Part shown: one piece after another, positions 11,279-21,939 of the stretch
Numbering within the stretch: the stretch's first letter is position 1
Layout: each line of letters starts with the position of its first letter
Origin: an uncultured virus (IMG/VR IMGVR_UViG_3300022927_000014)
Lineage: Duplodnaviria > Heunggongvirae > Uroviricota > Caudoviricetes
IMG/VR virus record: IMGVR_UViG_3300022927_000014
DNA length: 64,000 nt
Reading direction: 5' to 3' (one strand)
The notes under the pieces: model-generated
What the model was told of the DNA's origin: nothing
Database searches by the model: none
The model's input: the letters and a program-made list of their open reading frames with translations, nothing else
Program-made: the position numbers and the translations under genes

Positions 11279-14200
11279 GTCTTATTCCTTTTGTTGTATG
11301 CTTCATTATACTTCTCTTTATCTGTTAAGTCCTCTAAAGCATCTCCGATATTTGAAGCTTGATTACTCAAATCTTCAAAACTAGCCTTTGTTTGTTTAAT
11401 AACAGAATCAAGTGAAATGCCCCTACCTGTTTGAAACTCTCCTCTAAGAGTCTTTTGGTGATTCTGCCATGAGAGTAGCTTCTCTTTAGAAGCTCTAATA
11501 GACTCGGCAACAAGAGGATTCTCTATTTCAACAAGTGAGCTATCTAAGTTTACAGAAGAATAAAGTAAGACCGCTTCTGAAGTCGTACCCTTACAAGAGC
11601 ACATAGCTTGCTCTCTCTGGTCTGGTCTTATCTCTAACAGAGACCTTGGCACATTTTGAATGATTTGCTCTTCTGATCTAGTCATCATCCTGCTGGCAAG
11701 TGTGTCAAAAGTAAAGCCCTTCTCTGGGTCTGTGCTTTCATCATCTAAATCAAGACCAAATGCCTTGTATATTTCTTGCACATGTTCCCTGCCCTCGCCT
11801 TGGTTATATATATTGCTAATTTTCTCTACAACCCTCTTTCTGTAGTATGCTTGAAAGGCTTCTGTTGTGTCATATCTGCTTAAACTATCTCTGATCTCAT
11901 TAATCTCTAACTGAGTAAACATTCTACTAGGGTCTTGTCTAAGAATAGCATCAAACAAAGTGTCTTTTGCTGGCCTAAGACCTCTACCATATTGATATGC
12001 ACCAAAAACCTCATAGCCTTTGTCGTCGGAAACAGGAAATACAGGTGAGATCATCTTGCCTTGTTTAAACTGTCTCCTCACTTCTTTTCGAGATCTGCCC
12101 TTTTTAAGCCTACCCTCTACATTAGGTTTGAACACTGACCTTGAAGTCTTTAACAATTTCGCTAAATCTTTAGCTCTGCTTTCTTCTGATGCTCTAAATA
12201 AATCAGGATAGTCTTGTCCCAGCTTTTCCATATGCTTAGTTGCAATCTCTGCAGCAAGTCTTCTCGCTTTAATATTCTTAGTATTTCCAGGTATAGTCTC
12301 TAGCTTTGAGCTATCCTCTAAGGGCTGTCCATTCAGGTAAAAATCAGAGGGGTAACCTGTAGGTATCTTGTTCCTTTGTCTAAATACAAAAGGTCTTATT
12401 TGAGCAAGGGTGGAAGTAGGCTTATATTTTTTAGTGATAGTTGTAGTTAAGACATTAATTAAGTTAGTCCGAAAAGAGTTACCAAAGCTATCACTAGACT
12501 CCCAAGCAGTGGGGTCTAGCTTTCTTCCTACCTCGACCTCTTTTTGCTCTATTGTTTGATTGACTTGGAATGTTAAAGTTTTGATGTCTTTTGTAGGAAC
12601 ATATTCAAAGCCATTTGTATATAAGGTTCTGGTGTTAATCCCTGCTACGACTTTTCCTCTTTCTTCTTTAACAAGCACATTGTCTTTTCCATGAAGTGGG
12701 TCGGAAACAACCATACTGATCCTTGTCGGGTCTGCAATGCCTGGAGGGTCAAACCTTAAATCTGGAACAACACCCTCTGTTTCTTCACTGACTGAAGGGA
12801 TATATGGTCCTTGATGCTCTCTACTAGGATGTGAACAAGAATAGTATCTGTAATAGCCAGGTAGGTGAGGGGCAAAGCTACTTTTCTTGTTATCAAGCTG
12901 TCTTAGTATGTCAGCTAAATTAAGACCATCATCTTGACCTTGGTTTTGATCTGTTTGTTTTCTTAGTTCTAGTATCAAGTCATAGAGAGTAAAGGTGGGG
13001 TCACTACCATTATTTGTTAGACCTTCAAGAGCCTTCTTAAATTCTTTCTCTGCACTTTCTAGTATTCTTTTAGCTTTAGCTTCGTTTGTAGAAGCAAGTT
13101 TACCTTTACCTAGTAGCTTTGAAGCTTTTTCCCTAGCAGATCTTTTTCTAGAGGCTGCCTTTTCTAAAGCAGATTCCCCTAATATGATACTCTTAGACTT
13201 GGCTTGCTTTTTACTTATTCTGTTAGTTACGACTCGACCATTTTTCAGCTTTCGTAAATAAGGAGATCTTTCTTTCTCTAAGCCTAGAGTTCCCTCTCTT
13301 CTTCCTATTTTAAAAGTCCATGGGCCTTCAAATAAACTACCACCTTCTACTGTCTTTATAATGCCATACCTTTTACCCTCAATAAGAAGCATGTTTCTAT
13401 ATGCCTGTCTAGCCTCTGTTCCAAGATAACCCATGTTCTGGTACTCGATAGCATTTTTAAATGCTTCAGGGCTCATTTTAAAGGGGTCTAGAGCCATGAC
13501 TACATTAGGGAAGCCTATTCTCTTTTTAACTGTGATTTTCTCTCCATAACTATTCTCCCTAGATTCAGTAGCATAGATGCTTTTCTCTGGAAGACTTGTA
13601 TCTGCAAGATCGACAGCTTCAGAAGGGTTTTCTGCATAGCTGACTTCAGTTCGACCAGGTGGGATAAACTTTTTCCTTTGGGCAGAGAGTGTCAATCCTG
13701 TAGTACACTCACCACCATAAGAAAAGTTATGAGAAACAGATTCAACATAATAGAAGCAATCATTCTCTTCTACATAGATAGGATAACCTGGCTTTAATTC
13801 TGGTCTTAGAGGAATAGTTATGCTGCAACCCTCTGTTGCTTTGTTAGCATTATCTAAAGCAACTACAGAAGCATAGAATGCTTTTCGAGCGGAATTGTAG
13901 AATGTTGTGTCAAAGGACAGGCTCTTCCATCCATACTTGGCAACAAGCTTGTAGTCTACATACATTCCTTTTACACCCCATTCACCTTCAAGGTTAGTTC
14001 CCTTTAAGTTCCTAAAAGGACCACCAGAACAAATGACATAGGTAAATTCGGGTTCATTGTGTTCATAACTGATAGATATAGTGTCTTCTCTATTAATCCT
14101 ATATATTCTATCTTCACTCGTATCCATATTATACATAGGGGGTTTGAATACAAGATCTCCATCCATATCTTGATAAAACTCATATCCTACTTTTTCAGCA

Positions 14201-15366
14201 ACTTCTTGAGCTAAACTCAACTTACTGCTGAACTGTGACTCCCAAAAGTTAACCTGTCCTAATGAACCAAGATCAGTAATGAAGCTCTGTAGAGATAAGA
14301 TATTAACAGCATCTTCTTTTTCACCTATGATAGAAGGAAGCTGTCTAACATCTAAAGTACGCAAGGTTCTACCTTGAGGGTCATGTGCTATGAACCCAGC
14401 TTTCATTAAGTTTGAAAGAGCACCTTTTTTAGCTTTACTATGTGGCTTAAGCTGTTCCTTAACAACTTTCTTAAATTCATTGTCCCTACCCTCAGGAGTA
14501 GTGTCCACCAAGATACTTTGCTCTAAAAGTGTGTAAGCCCTACCAGAAGCACCGAACATTCTTAAACCATAAAGACCATTGCCCCACCTATTTTCTAGGT
14601 ATCTTAAGTAAAGAGAATACTTTTGTTGCCCTGTTGAGATTTTACTAAGTAAGTTGTTCTTCTTTTGGAGAGCAAAGCCTGTACCCTCTGGAGAACCACC
14701 AGTGTCTCTATAAAGGTCATATATAATTTGGTGGGCTGTCATATTTGTATATACATGACCATTTAAACTAATAGACCCTCTAGCTTCTTTAGGGTTTGCA
14801 GCAAAGAATCCCTGTTCAGTATTTATCATCTGGCTATTCCACATACTTAAGATGTTGTTTGTGGAAATACTAATAGAATAAGAGTTGTCTTTATTGTCAA
14901 TGCTCACAGCACTAATGAAACCATGAAAGACAGGATAATAAGGTCTGGTTTCAATGCTATTTAAATCAATCTCTTCACTACCCTCTCCCGTAGAAAGTGT
15001 TGCAACTGCACTATCTGCTTTCAGAGAAAGGTCTTTAGTCTTAAAAAACCCCCTAAAAAAGACTTTAATCTCAATGCCTGTTTCAAGAATGAATTTACCA
15101 TCAACATAGACAACATCCCCATAACTTTTTGGGATGACTAAGTTAATGCTACAACTAGCTCCACCACTATCAATCCCACCACCTACTGAAACAGAAGTTA
15201 TGAAAGAAGAGAAATCTATTTTATTTTTGCAAGTAGGACAGCCTGGTAATGTCGTATTTCCATTAAACTGAACAATGGCATCTGGTGTCCATGATACAAC
15301 TGTCCTATATTTATTCTGTATGTCTAGTGACCAAGATCCTGCAAATGGCCTTTTATCTACTTTCAT
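11275..15366 (-). CDS. Baseplate hub protein (gp27/GpD-like) with large insertions
   Basis: GYEFYQDMDGDLVFKPP and SITIPLRPELKPGYPIY...YYVESVSHNF match hub-type patterns; position in the tail operon fits. Confidence 0.7.
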   Translation of the reverse strand: MKVDKRPFAGSWSLDIQNKYRTVVSWTPDAIVQFNGNTTLPGCPTCKNKIDFSSFITSVSVGGGIDSGGASCSINLVIPKSYGDVVYVDGKFILETGIEIKVFFRGFFKTKDLSLKADSAVATLSTGEGSEEIDLNSIETRPYYPVFHGFISAVSIDNKDNSYSISISTNNILSMWNSQMINTEQGFFAANPKEARGSISLNGHVYTNMTAHQIIYDLYRDTGGSPEGTGFALQKKNNLLSKISTGQQKYSLYLRYLENRWGNGLYGLRMFGASGRAYTLLEQSILVDTTPEGRDNEFKKVVKEQLKPHSKAKKGALSNLMKAGFIAHDPQGRTLRTLDVRQLPSIIGEKEDAVNILSLQSFITDLGSLGQVNFWESQFSSKLSLAQEVAEKVGYEFYQDMDGDLVFKPPMYNMDTSEDRIYRINREDTISISYEHNEPEFTYVICSGGPFRNLKGTNLEGEWGVKGMYVDYKLVAKYGWKSLSFDTTFYNSARKAFYASVVALDNANKATEGCSITIPLRPELKPGYPIYVEENDCFYYVESVSHNFSYGGECTTGLTLSAQRKKFIPPGRTEVSYAENPSEAVDLADTSLPEKSIYATESRENSYGEKITVKKRIGFPNVVMALDPFKMSPEAFKNAIEYQNMGYLGTEARQAYRNMLLIEGKRYGIIKTVEGGSLFEGPWTFKIGRREGTLGLEKERSPYLRKLKNGRVVTNRISKKQAKSKSIILGESALEKAASRKRSAREKASKLLGKGKLASTNEAKAKRILESAEKEFKKALEGLTNNGSDPTFTLYDLILELRKQTDQNQGQDDGLNLADILRQLDNKKSSFAPHLPGYYRYYSCSHPSREHQGPYIPSVSEETEGVVPDLRFDPPGIADPTRISMVVSDPLHGKDNVLVKEERGKVVAGINTRTLYTNGFEYVPTKDIKTLTFQVNQTIEQKEVEVGRKLDPTAWESSDSFGNSFRTNLINVLTTTITKKYKPTSTLAQIRPFVFRQRNKIPTGYPSDFYLNGQPLEDSSKLETIPGNTKNIKARRLAAEIATKHMEKLGQDYPDLFRASEESRAKDLAKLLKTSRSVFKPNVEGRLKKGRSRKEVRRQFKQGKMISPVFPVSDDKGYEVFGAYQYGRGLRPAKDTLFDAILRQDPSRMFTQLEINEIRDSLSRYDTTEAFQAYYRKRVVEKISNIYNQGEGREHVQEIYKAFGLDLDDESTDPEKGFTFDTLASRMMTRSEEQIIQNVPRSLLEIRPDQREQAMCSCKGTTSEAVLLYSSVNLDSSLVEIENPLVAESIRASKEKLLSWQNHQKTLRGEFQTGRGISLDSVIKQTKASFEDLSNQASNIGDALEDLTDKEKYNEAYNKRNKT

Positions 15367-15377
15367 TTTTAGATCCT

Positions 15378-16394
15378 TTAACTAAAGTCATAATCATCTT
15401 CTTGAGGTTGCAACTCTTGAGAAGCATCCTTTTCCAAAACAGATTTCTTAGTATTGAACAAATTAGGTGTAGGCTCATGCATAGGTAGCAAGAAGTTTCT
15501 AGTTTCAAAACCTTCTTGAGTATGTTTGTAAACTTCAAAATCCATTGAGAATTCGATGCCACCATTTTGTTGGCTTTCTCCAACAGAAAAACTTAGAGAA
15601 GTTATTCTACCTGTCCACCTTTGACCATCATAATATATGCTTTGAGTACCAACAGCATGGTTTGCCCTACTTCTCCCAAGTACATCACGAATCGCAGCAC
15701 TGTTTCTATAAACAGCAAGGATGTTCATGAGCTGTCTCCACCCAGCACTGTCTCTCCTTGAAGCAAATTGTAAACCTGTCAACCCTGATACATTACCATT
15801 TATATCTACAAGCTCTCTTCTAGCCCTACCTGCTATAAAAGCACCTATGGTACAGCTTATTTGTATCTTTACAATTTGCTCTCCCCACCTATAAAAGACA
15901 AATCCATACCTCGTGGACTCAGAGAAGTTTTGAACGCTCTCATAAGAAAATCCCATTGTAGTTGGGTTTATTAAAAAAACAATTGGAGGTGTTGCTCTGA
16001 TTTGTCTGTCTTGAGTGGCAATAGATATAAGTTGATCTCTATCAACAAGACCTGCATCCACCCTTGACTCTAGCCCATTAACTCTGCCACCTCTTATAGG
16101 AGATTTTGCAAATGTAGGGATTCTAGGGCTGTACTTTAAATCCTCATAAGACCTTATCCCTGCCATTCCAGGAGAAGAATATCTAGCACCACTAAAAGGC
16201 TTCTTCTTCCCTGATTTAACATAGTCACCCATAAAAGGTGCATCTATTGTTAAAACAAAAGGAGACATAGATCTAAGATGCTGTTGATTTGTAGGATCTA
16301 AAGGAATTGTCCCATCGTTGTCTTCTGGGAATAAGAAAAAGTCTTCAGAAGTAGGAAGCTGAAGAAAAGGCTGTGTGTCTATGGTAGCTTTCAT
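15378..16394 (-). CDS. Tail tube initiator / baseplate protein
   Basis: FLINPTTMGFSY...WGE...WTGRITSLSFS...FSMDF tube-fold pattern; paralogous to the adjacent 16397..16999 gene. Confidence 0.55.
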   Translation of the reverse strand: MKATIDTQPFLQLPTSEDFFLFPEDNDGTIPLDPTNQQHLRSMSPFVLTIDAPFMGDYVKSGKKKPFSGARYSSPGMAGIRSYEDLKYSPRIPTFAKSPIRGGRVNGLESRVDAGLVDRDQLISIATQDRQIRATPPIVFLINPTTMGFSYESVQNFSESTRYGFVFYRWGEQIVKIQISCTIGAFIAGRARRELVDINGNVSGLTGLQFASRRDSAGWRQLMNILAVYRNSAAIRDVLGRSRANHAVGTQSIYYDGQRWTGRITSLSFSVGESQQNGGIEFSMDFEVYKHTQEGFETRNFLLPMHEPTPNLFNTKKSVLEKDASQELQPQEDDYDFS

Positions 16395-16396
16395 TA

Positions 16397-16999
16397 TTAA
16401 AGCCTCCTAATAGATTGACTTCTTACACCATGATATTCTCTCTCAACCTGCATAGCGAGACTTACCTTAAACTGATAAGGAGTGGTTGCATCGTCTGTCA
16501 CACTGAAAGATTGAAACCAGCCAAACCAAGTACCACCATCAAAGGTCACTTTAATCTTACCCTGTAAGACAATTTGACCGATACTGTCATAAATAGACCC
16601 ATTGCTATGGAACATCGCTAAAAGGTCTAAATACTTGTCATAAGTAATAGTATCTCTACGAGTACCACCTATGTTAGTACCACCCTCTTCTAAAGCAACA
16701 GGTCCTGTGATAGCACTTAAGCCTGTATAGGGTCTAATAAAAGCACCAGAAGCAACATCTATACTCAAAGTGGTAGGTTCATCCCCCCAATAGTATTCAA
16801 CAAAACCATGTAGTGTCTGACTCATAGACCTTTGTTTTGTGTACTTGTATTCTATTTGCTCTGGGTTTGCGTGTAGAGTCAGCTTTATGTCATCTGGCAA
16901 TAAAGAAGTCATCCCATCAGGACTAACAATATCAAAGATAAAAGGTCTTATTCCTAAGTTAGCATTTTCAATGTCTTTAGTTATGTGAGATTTTATCAT
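16397..16999 (-). CDS. Tail tube initiator / baseplate protein
   Basis: LHANPEQIEYKY...WGDE...WFGWFQSFSVT pattern; immediately follows the tape measure gene. Confidence 0.55.
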   Translation of the reverse strand: MIKSHITKDIENANLGIRPFIFDIVSPDGMTSLLPDDIKLTLHANPEQIEYKYTKQRSMSQTLHGFVEYYWGDEPTTLSIDVASGAFIRPYTGLSAITGPVALEEGGTNIGGTRRDTITYDKYLDLLAMFHSNGSIYDSIGQIVLQGKIKVTFDGGTWFGWFQSFSVTDDATTPYQFKVSLAMQVEREYHGVRSQSIRRL

Positions 17000-19900
17000 T
17001 TGCTATATCCCTGAACAGAGTTCTTGAGTTTATTTATTTCTCTAACTACTTCTTGAGCAACTGCTTCTGGATTCTTAGCACCATTAACAGAAATGTTAGC
17101 ATTGATAGTATTGCCACCAAGCATATTCTGTATAGGACCATTGTCCTTGAAAGCCATTACGGAGTCTTTGCTATTTATTGGATATATTTTTCCTTTAGAA
17201 TAGAACCCATCGTTAAGCTTGACTCCCATTTCTAGCAGTTGGCTACCTGTATATCCATATCCCTCAAGGTCTGCTCTTGCTATGTTTCGCTGGTTAATTC
17301 TCTTTGCAAGCTCAGTTGAGCTCTCATTGTCTCCATATTTCAAGCCGATGGTACTTGCTAAGGTTTTTAATTTGCTTCTCTTTTCTACTTCCAAAGCTAA
17401 CTCAGCAGCTCTCTTTGCCTCTTTTTCTTTTTCTTGCTTTATAGAGCCATCTTTCATTATGGCTTTCTCTTCCTCTACAGCAGACTTCTTTGAATTATTT
17501 GGTTCACCAGCTTCAGCAAGTATCTCAAGGTATTTGTTTGAGTCTTCCATCGCATTTAGAGTTTGATTGCCTTCTTTAGTCTCTGATTCATATGCTACTG
17601 TCTGCCCACCTTTTAGATACATATCACCTTTTTTAGTATAGCCAGCTCTTGCTGCCAACTCTTCTGTACTAGCCACATGAACTTCCCCAGCTACCATTGT
17701 AGCACCAGCTTTTTTCCTCTCTCGGGCGATGTCTGCATCGAACTTCTTTTGAGACTCACTTTTTTCACTTGAGTAAACTTTGGTGGCTTTCATTGCCTCC
17801 ATTGCAGAATTGTTTCTAAGACTTGCTGTAGTTTGCTTCCCATCAAAGCTATAAGTGTTAAGAACTTTAATCTGCTCTGAGACTACCCTGCTTGCTCGAT
17901 TCAGATCTTCAAAATCTTTTTGCTCTTGTGCTAACTTATCTTTAAGAAACTGTTTTTTCTTGGGGTCTTTAGTTCGAGCTAATTCAGCCTCAGTTTTAGA
18001 AAGAGATTTATGCTTCTCTCTAGTTCTTTCTATTATGCCTTCTTTTCTAGAGTTAAGATCTGTAATGAGGTCTTTTTTGAGAGCTTTTGTTTCCTCAGAT
18101 TCGTCAGAGCCTTTTGAAAAACTCCAGCTAACTAAAGACATAAGAGCACTAGAGATGTCCATTAAGATCTGTCCAAGATATGCATTGATCTTATCAGCAA
18201 CACTTACAGTGGCACTAACCTGTTCTCTCAATAGTTGTTCTTGAGTGAGATCAGCTTTTCCACTTTTGTTAATAGTTTCACTCTGGGCTAAAATAAAAGT
18301 AGAGATGTCATCCACCAGAGCCCCCGATTTAGTCATCAGCTTTCCATCTTTAGTTTTTAGACCCATGTTGGCTAGTCTTTCTTCATCTTCTTTTGAAATG
18401 TCTTTTTTCTTTGCCAACCTTTTCGCAGTACGAAGTTGACCTTTATAAACCTCTTGCAAGTCTTCAAATTGTTGCATTTGATCTTTATTCAAGTCAGTGA
18501 ACTTCATCATTTGTTCTTTTTCTAGATCAGACATTGTAGCTAGAGTCCTACCTCCTAGATGAGTTTCAAGTCTTGCATATTGTGCAGCTAGACCAGCACC
18601 TGCACCCATAGCATCTAAACCCTCTGAAATATCTGTCCTACTTGCATTCTTATCAGCACCCAGAGCGAGGTCTATAGTATTTGAAAGCTCTCTACCTAAA
18701 CCTGCTGTTTCTTCACGCTCTGCTAACTCTCCAAGTATATCTTCTATCTGTGTTTGCGACATATTTTGAATTGACTTAATAAGACCTTCATTGCTAGTAG
18801 TATCTATCTTAGCTTTGTTTAAGATACTCATTCCTTTTTCACTTTTACCAAAAGTCCCCAATAAAGCATCCGCAGATCTTTTGGCTTCTGCATCCAATAT
18901 TTTCTTTAACTTTTTAGGGTTCGTAAGCATTTGTCTTTTTATTTGCTCGAGATAACCCTCTGATTTTAAGTTAGCTATATTACTAAGGAAGCCAGAGACT
19001 CCATCTGGACCAACGATCTTACCTAATCTTATAAATAAAGAACCTGCTTCTTTGCTTCTTAGATTCATATTATCAAGAGTGCTTGTTAAGTTTTTAACTT
19101 TTTCATAGAAGTTGTTAGTAGAATATCCAGTTTGAATTGCCATATCTCTAATATCAGCAAAGTCACTTACCATGCTTTTCAATGCTGACCCATCTTTTAT
19201 AGAGACACCTATTTCATAAGCAAAAGACTCTGCTCTGCTAACAGCTTCCTCCATAGTAATGCCCATCAAGACTGATGACTCTTTAAGCTTGACCATTTGA
19301 TTTTGCATTGCTTTAATGCCTTGCTCACCACCACCCAGAGCTCTAAATCCTAAATTTGCAGCGTCTAAAGATCCAGCTAGACTTACAACCTCATCACTAG
19401 TCATCCCTAAAGTGTTTAAGAAAGACCCTCTGGTAAATGCTTTTCTAACATCTTTTAGACTTCCTGCCAGATCTCCTTGTTTGACAGCCATCATGTCTGT
19501 AGCCGAGATACCTTCAAGGAGAGACTTGTTCATATCTTTAACTTTGCCTTCAGCCATCACAAAGAGTGAAACAACAGCAGCAAGTCCACCACCTACCACG
19601 GCAAATACTTTGGCGAGTTTTGCCAAAGAAGCTGCAGCTTTCATAAAGCCTTTTGCTTTAGTATCATCTGTTTCTTGAGATGCCTTTTGCTCTAACTTCC
19701 CAGCTTGTAAGCTTGCGAAATTACTTAAAGACCCAAATAAACTTTTAGGTAGATCAGAGAGGTCGCTAACTTTACTCTCTAAGAGATCCATCCCTTTGTT
19801 AAGAGAGCCCATTAATTTTTCTTCAAAGATATAACCAGCTTTACCAAGTTCTTCAACTTTTGCTTTTCTGTCTTCAAGATCTTGCATATATGCTTGGCTT

Positions 19901-20295
19901 GATTTCTCAAGCAACTTATTATATTCGACAATTTCTTTTTTGCTTTGTTTTTGCCTATCTGCAATGGTCTTAAAAGATGAGGTCACACTAGCAAGTTGTG
20001 CTTTGGCAGCGTTTAATGCCACCTCGTCACCCTCCCTTTTTGCTTTTTTGGACATTTTCTGAAACTTGTCGACCTGATTCATCATCAATTTAAGCTGGCT
20101 ATCTAAGCTATCCCCAAAGCCTTTTAACATTCTAGTTTGGGCTTCGTTATTTCGATCTGATGCTTTGCTTTGAAGATCTCTGATTTCACCAGCAATCTCT
20201 GCAGCTTCTTTCATGGAGTCTACAGATTTCTTAAAGACATCTGTCTTTGCAGCTTTATCTAAGGATTCAAAAAGCTTTGTGTAGTCTGTAGCCAT
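16996..20295 (-). CDS. Tail tape measure protein
   Basis: 1099 aa, helical and A/K/E-rich with a hydrophobic segment (VFAVVGGGLAAVVSLF); canonical position after the tube and chaperone genes. Confidence 0.75.
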   Translation of the reverse strand: MATDYTKLFESLDKAAKTDVFKKSVDSMKEAAEIAGEIRDLQSKASDRNNEAQTRMLKGFGDSLDSQLKLMMNQVDKFQKMSKKAKREGDEVALNAAKAQLASVTSSFKTIADRQKQSKKEIVEYNKLLEKSSQAYMQDLEDRKAKVEELGKAGYIFEEKLMGSLNKGMDLLESKVSDLSDLPKSLFGSLSNFASLQAGKLEQKASQETDDTKAKGFMKAAASLAKLAKVFAVVGGGLAAVVSLFVMAEGKVKDMNKSLLEGISATDMMAVKQGDLAGSLKDVRKAFTRGSFLNTLGMTSDEVVSLAGSLDAANLGFRALGGGEQGIKAMQNQMVKLKESSVLMGITMEEAVSRAESFAYEIGVSIKDGSALKSMVSDFADIRDMAIQTGYSTNNFYEKVKNLTSTLDNMNLRSKEAGSLFIRLGKIVGPDGVSGFLSNIANLKSEGYLEQIKRQMLTNPKKLKKILDAEAKRSADALLGTFGKSEKGMSILNKAKIDTTSNEGLIKSIQNMSQTQIEDILGELAEREETAGLGRELSNTIDLALGADKNASRTDISEGLDAMGAGAGLAAQYARLETHLGGRTLATMSDLEKEQMMKFTDLNKDQMQQFEDLQEVYKGQLRTAKRLAKKKDISKEDEERLANMGLKTKDGKLMTKSGALVDDISTFILAQSETINKSGKADLTQEQLLREQVSATVSVADKINAYLGQILMDISSALMSLVSWSFSKGSDESEETKALKKDLITDLNSRKEGIIERTREKHKSLSKTEAELARTKDPKKKQFLKDKLAQEQKDFEDLNRASRVVSEQIKVLNTYSFDGKQTTASLRNNSAMEAMKATKVYSSEKSESQKKFDADIARERKKAGATMVAGEVHVASTEELAARAGYTKKGDMYLKGGQTVAYESETKEGNQTLNAMEDSNKYLEILAEAGEPNNSKKSAVEEEKAIMKDGSIKQEKEKEAKRAAELALEVEKRSKLKTLASTIGLKYGDNESSTELAKRINQRNIARADLEGYGYTGSQLLEMGVKLNDGFYSKGKIYPINSKDSVMAFKDNGPIQNMLGGNTINANISVNGAKNPEAVAQEVVREINKLKNSVQGYSK

Positions 20296-20306
20296 AAGTA
20301 CCTTCT

Positions 20307-21341
20307 TTAAATTGTGGGTAGTTTCCTGTTTGAGACTTTATCCATGAGAGAAGTGTTTTCGGATTTAACAAGTTCTCTTGCGTTCAGATACTTATTAGAA
20401 AGAAGCATATCATATTCTTCTCCCTCGTTGACCTGAACAGCTTTTTTAGATTTAACAATCTGATCAATCTCGGTATCAGAGAAAGCTCTAAGAGGTGAAA
20501 CCATAGATAAACTATTCAGGTTGTCTTTCATCTCTTGGTATTGGCTTTCTTGGTTAGAAACAAACTTCCGACCATTCCTAAGAAACTCATTTAGCTTTTC
20601 TTTGTATTCTCTGATTTTAATATCGTGTTCGTCTTCAACACCCTCAACCCAGTTATAGTACTCTTTTTGCATATCCTCAGTGATTTTAGATTCTGCATCT
20701 TCTCTTTGAATTGCGATGCCTTGTTCAGCTTTTTTTAAGACCTCTTCTCTATACTTTTCTTCTTTATCTCTTCTTTGTTCCCAATCTTTTTGTACTTTCT
20801 TAACCCCTTTAGGGTTCATAGCAGATGCTTCAAAGAAAGTTCGACTCCATGCATCCTCGACTTGTTCTTTTCTATCTTCAACTTCGTTAAAGCTTATCCA
20901 CTGCATATGGATTTCACTAAGTTCATTTTTATATGGCATCTTAAACCCAAATTTGATTGAGTGATTCCACCTTCTCCAGAGATACCTTGAGGTTGAGGTG
21001 TAGCAAAAAGCTTCAAAAAAGGTAGATAGCTCGCTGTGTTTTTCTACAACTTTCCAAAAGTGAGGCATAATCCTTCTTTTGATTTTAGGACATGCCTTAA
21101 TCTCTTTGAGAAAAGAATAATTGAGGGATTGAGGTATCTCAAAACCTGCAATGGATTCTAAGCAAACAGCAAGTAAGAAATCTTCTTGATCACTACCTAC
21201 ATCACTGTAATTCAGACTTCTGGAGTAGTCTTCTGGATTAGGTACTCTGAAAGAGTATTTAGAACCTTTGCAGGTTAGAACCAACCCCTGCCCACCAGTG
21301 GATATGTAGTAATATAAGTCATCATAAAACAGTTTGCTCAT
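20307..21341 (-). CDS. Hypothetical protein, probable tail assembly chaperone
   Basis: 344 aa ORF between the tube and tape measure genes; the call rests on synteny only. Confidence 0.45.
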   Translation of the reverse strand: MSKLFYDDLYYYISTGGQGLVLTCKGSKYSFRVPNPEDYSRSLNYSDVGSDQEDFLLAVCLESIAGFEIPQSLNYSFLKEIKACPKIKRRIMPHFWKVVEKHSELSTFFEAFCYTSTSRYLWRRWNHSIKFGFKMPYKNELSEIHMQWISFNEVEDRKEQVEDAWSRTFFEASAMNPKGVKKVQKDWEQRRDKEEKYREEVLKKAEQGIAIQREDAESKITEDMQKEYYNWVEGVEDEHDIKIREYKEKLNEFLRNGRKFVSNQESQYQEMKDNLNSLSMVSPLRAFSDTEIDQIVKSKKAVQVNEGEEYDMLLSNKYLNARELVKSENTSLMDKVSNRKLPTI

Positions 21342-21873
21342 TGGAATCTTCTGAAATAGAGTCTAGATTTTGTGCTCGAACAATTTCTTCAGCTCTTTGC
21401 TTGAGTTGCTCAGAAGTAGCTTCAGTATCTTCAACATTTAACTTTAAAGACTCATCCATCTCGGATTCGATTTCTTCAGAGAGTGTAGTATAAGCTTCAA
21501 AGATTTTAGAGATAACAGGCCGACTCCAACTTTCTATGATCTTCAAAACAGCTTCTTGTCGAGAGATCTTAATAGGAACACCAGAAGCTGTTTTTTCTCC
21601 AGTCTCTAGGTCTTTAAGGTTTCTTAAGTCCATAGAGTTTACTTGAACAATAGCCCTAGACAAGGTTTCTCGTCTAAAGACATCTGCAAACTCCATAGCA
21701 AAAGAAGCATCTTCTGTAATGTCTGGAAGAAGCTTTTGAACTTCTGTCTCTTCAATAGGTGTTAATATTCTAAGAGTGACAGAAGTACCAACAAGGCTAA
21801 TTGTTTTTTCTTTTTTACACATCTCTGTTAAAGGAGACATGAGTTCTTTTAACTCAGATAGATTTAGGCTCAT
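21322..21873 (-). CDS. Probable tail assembly chaperone
   Basis: Acidic 183 aa protein (VTLRILTPIEE...ETLSRAIVQVN) directly after the tail tube gene. Confidence 0.55.
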   Translation of the reverse strand: MSLNLSELKELMSPLTEMCKKEKTISLVGTSVTLRILTPIEETEVQKLLPDITEDASFAMEFADVFRRETLSRAIVQVNSMDLRNLKDLETGEKTASGVPIKISRQEAVLKIIESWSRPVISKIFEAYTTLSEEIESEMDESLKLNVEDTEATSEQLKQRAEEIVRAQNLDSISEDSNEQTVL

Positions 21874-21939
21874 ATTTTATATTATCCTGTATTTTTTAAG
21901 GGAACGGCTTCCCTATTGTACCACTTTAAATCTTAAATC

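Noticed and set aside
20307..21873. Programmed frameshift between tail chaperone genes (lambda G/GT type)
   Set aside because: I saw no clear X XXY YYZ slippery heptamer in the 20-nt overlap, and the downstream ORF has its own ATG; not fully excluded
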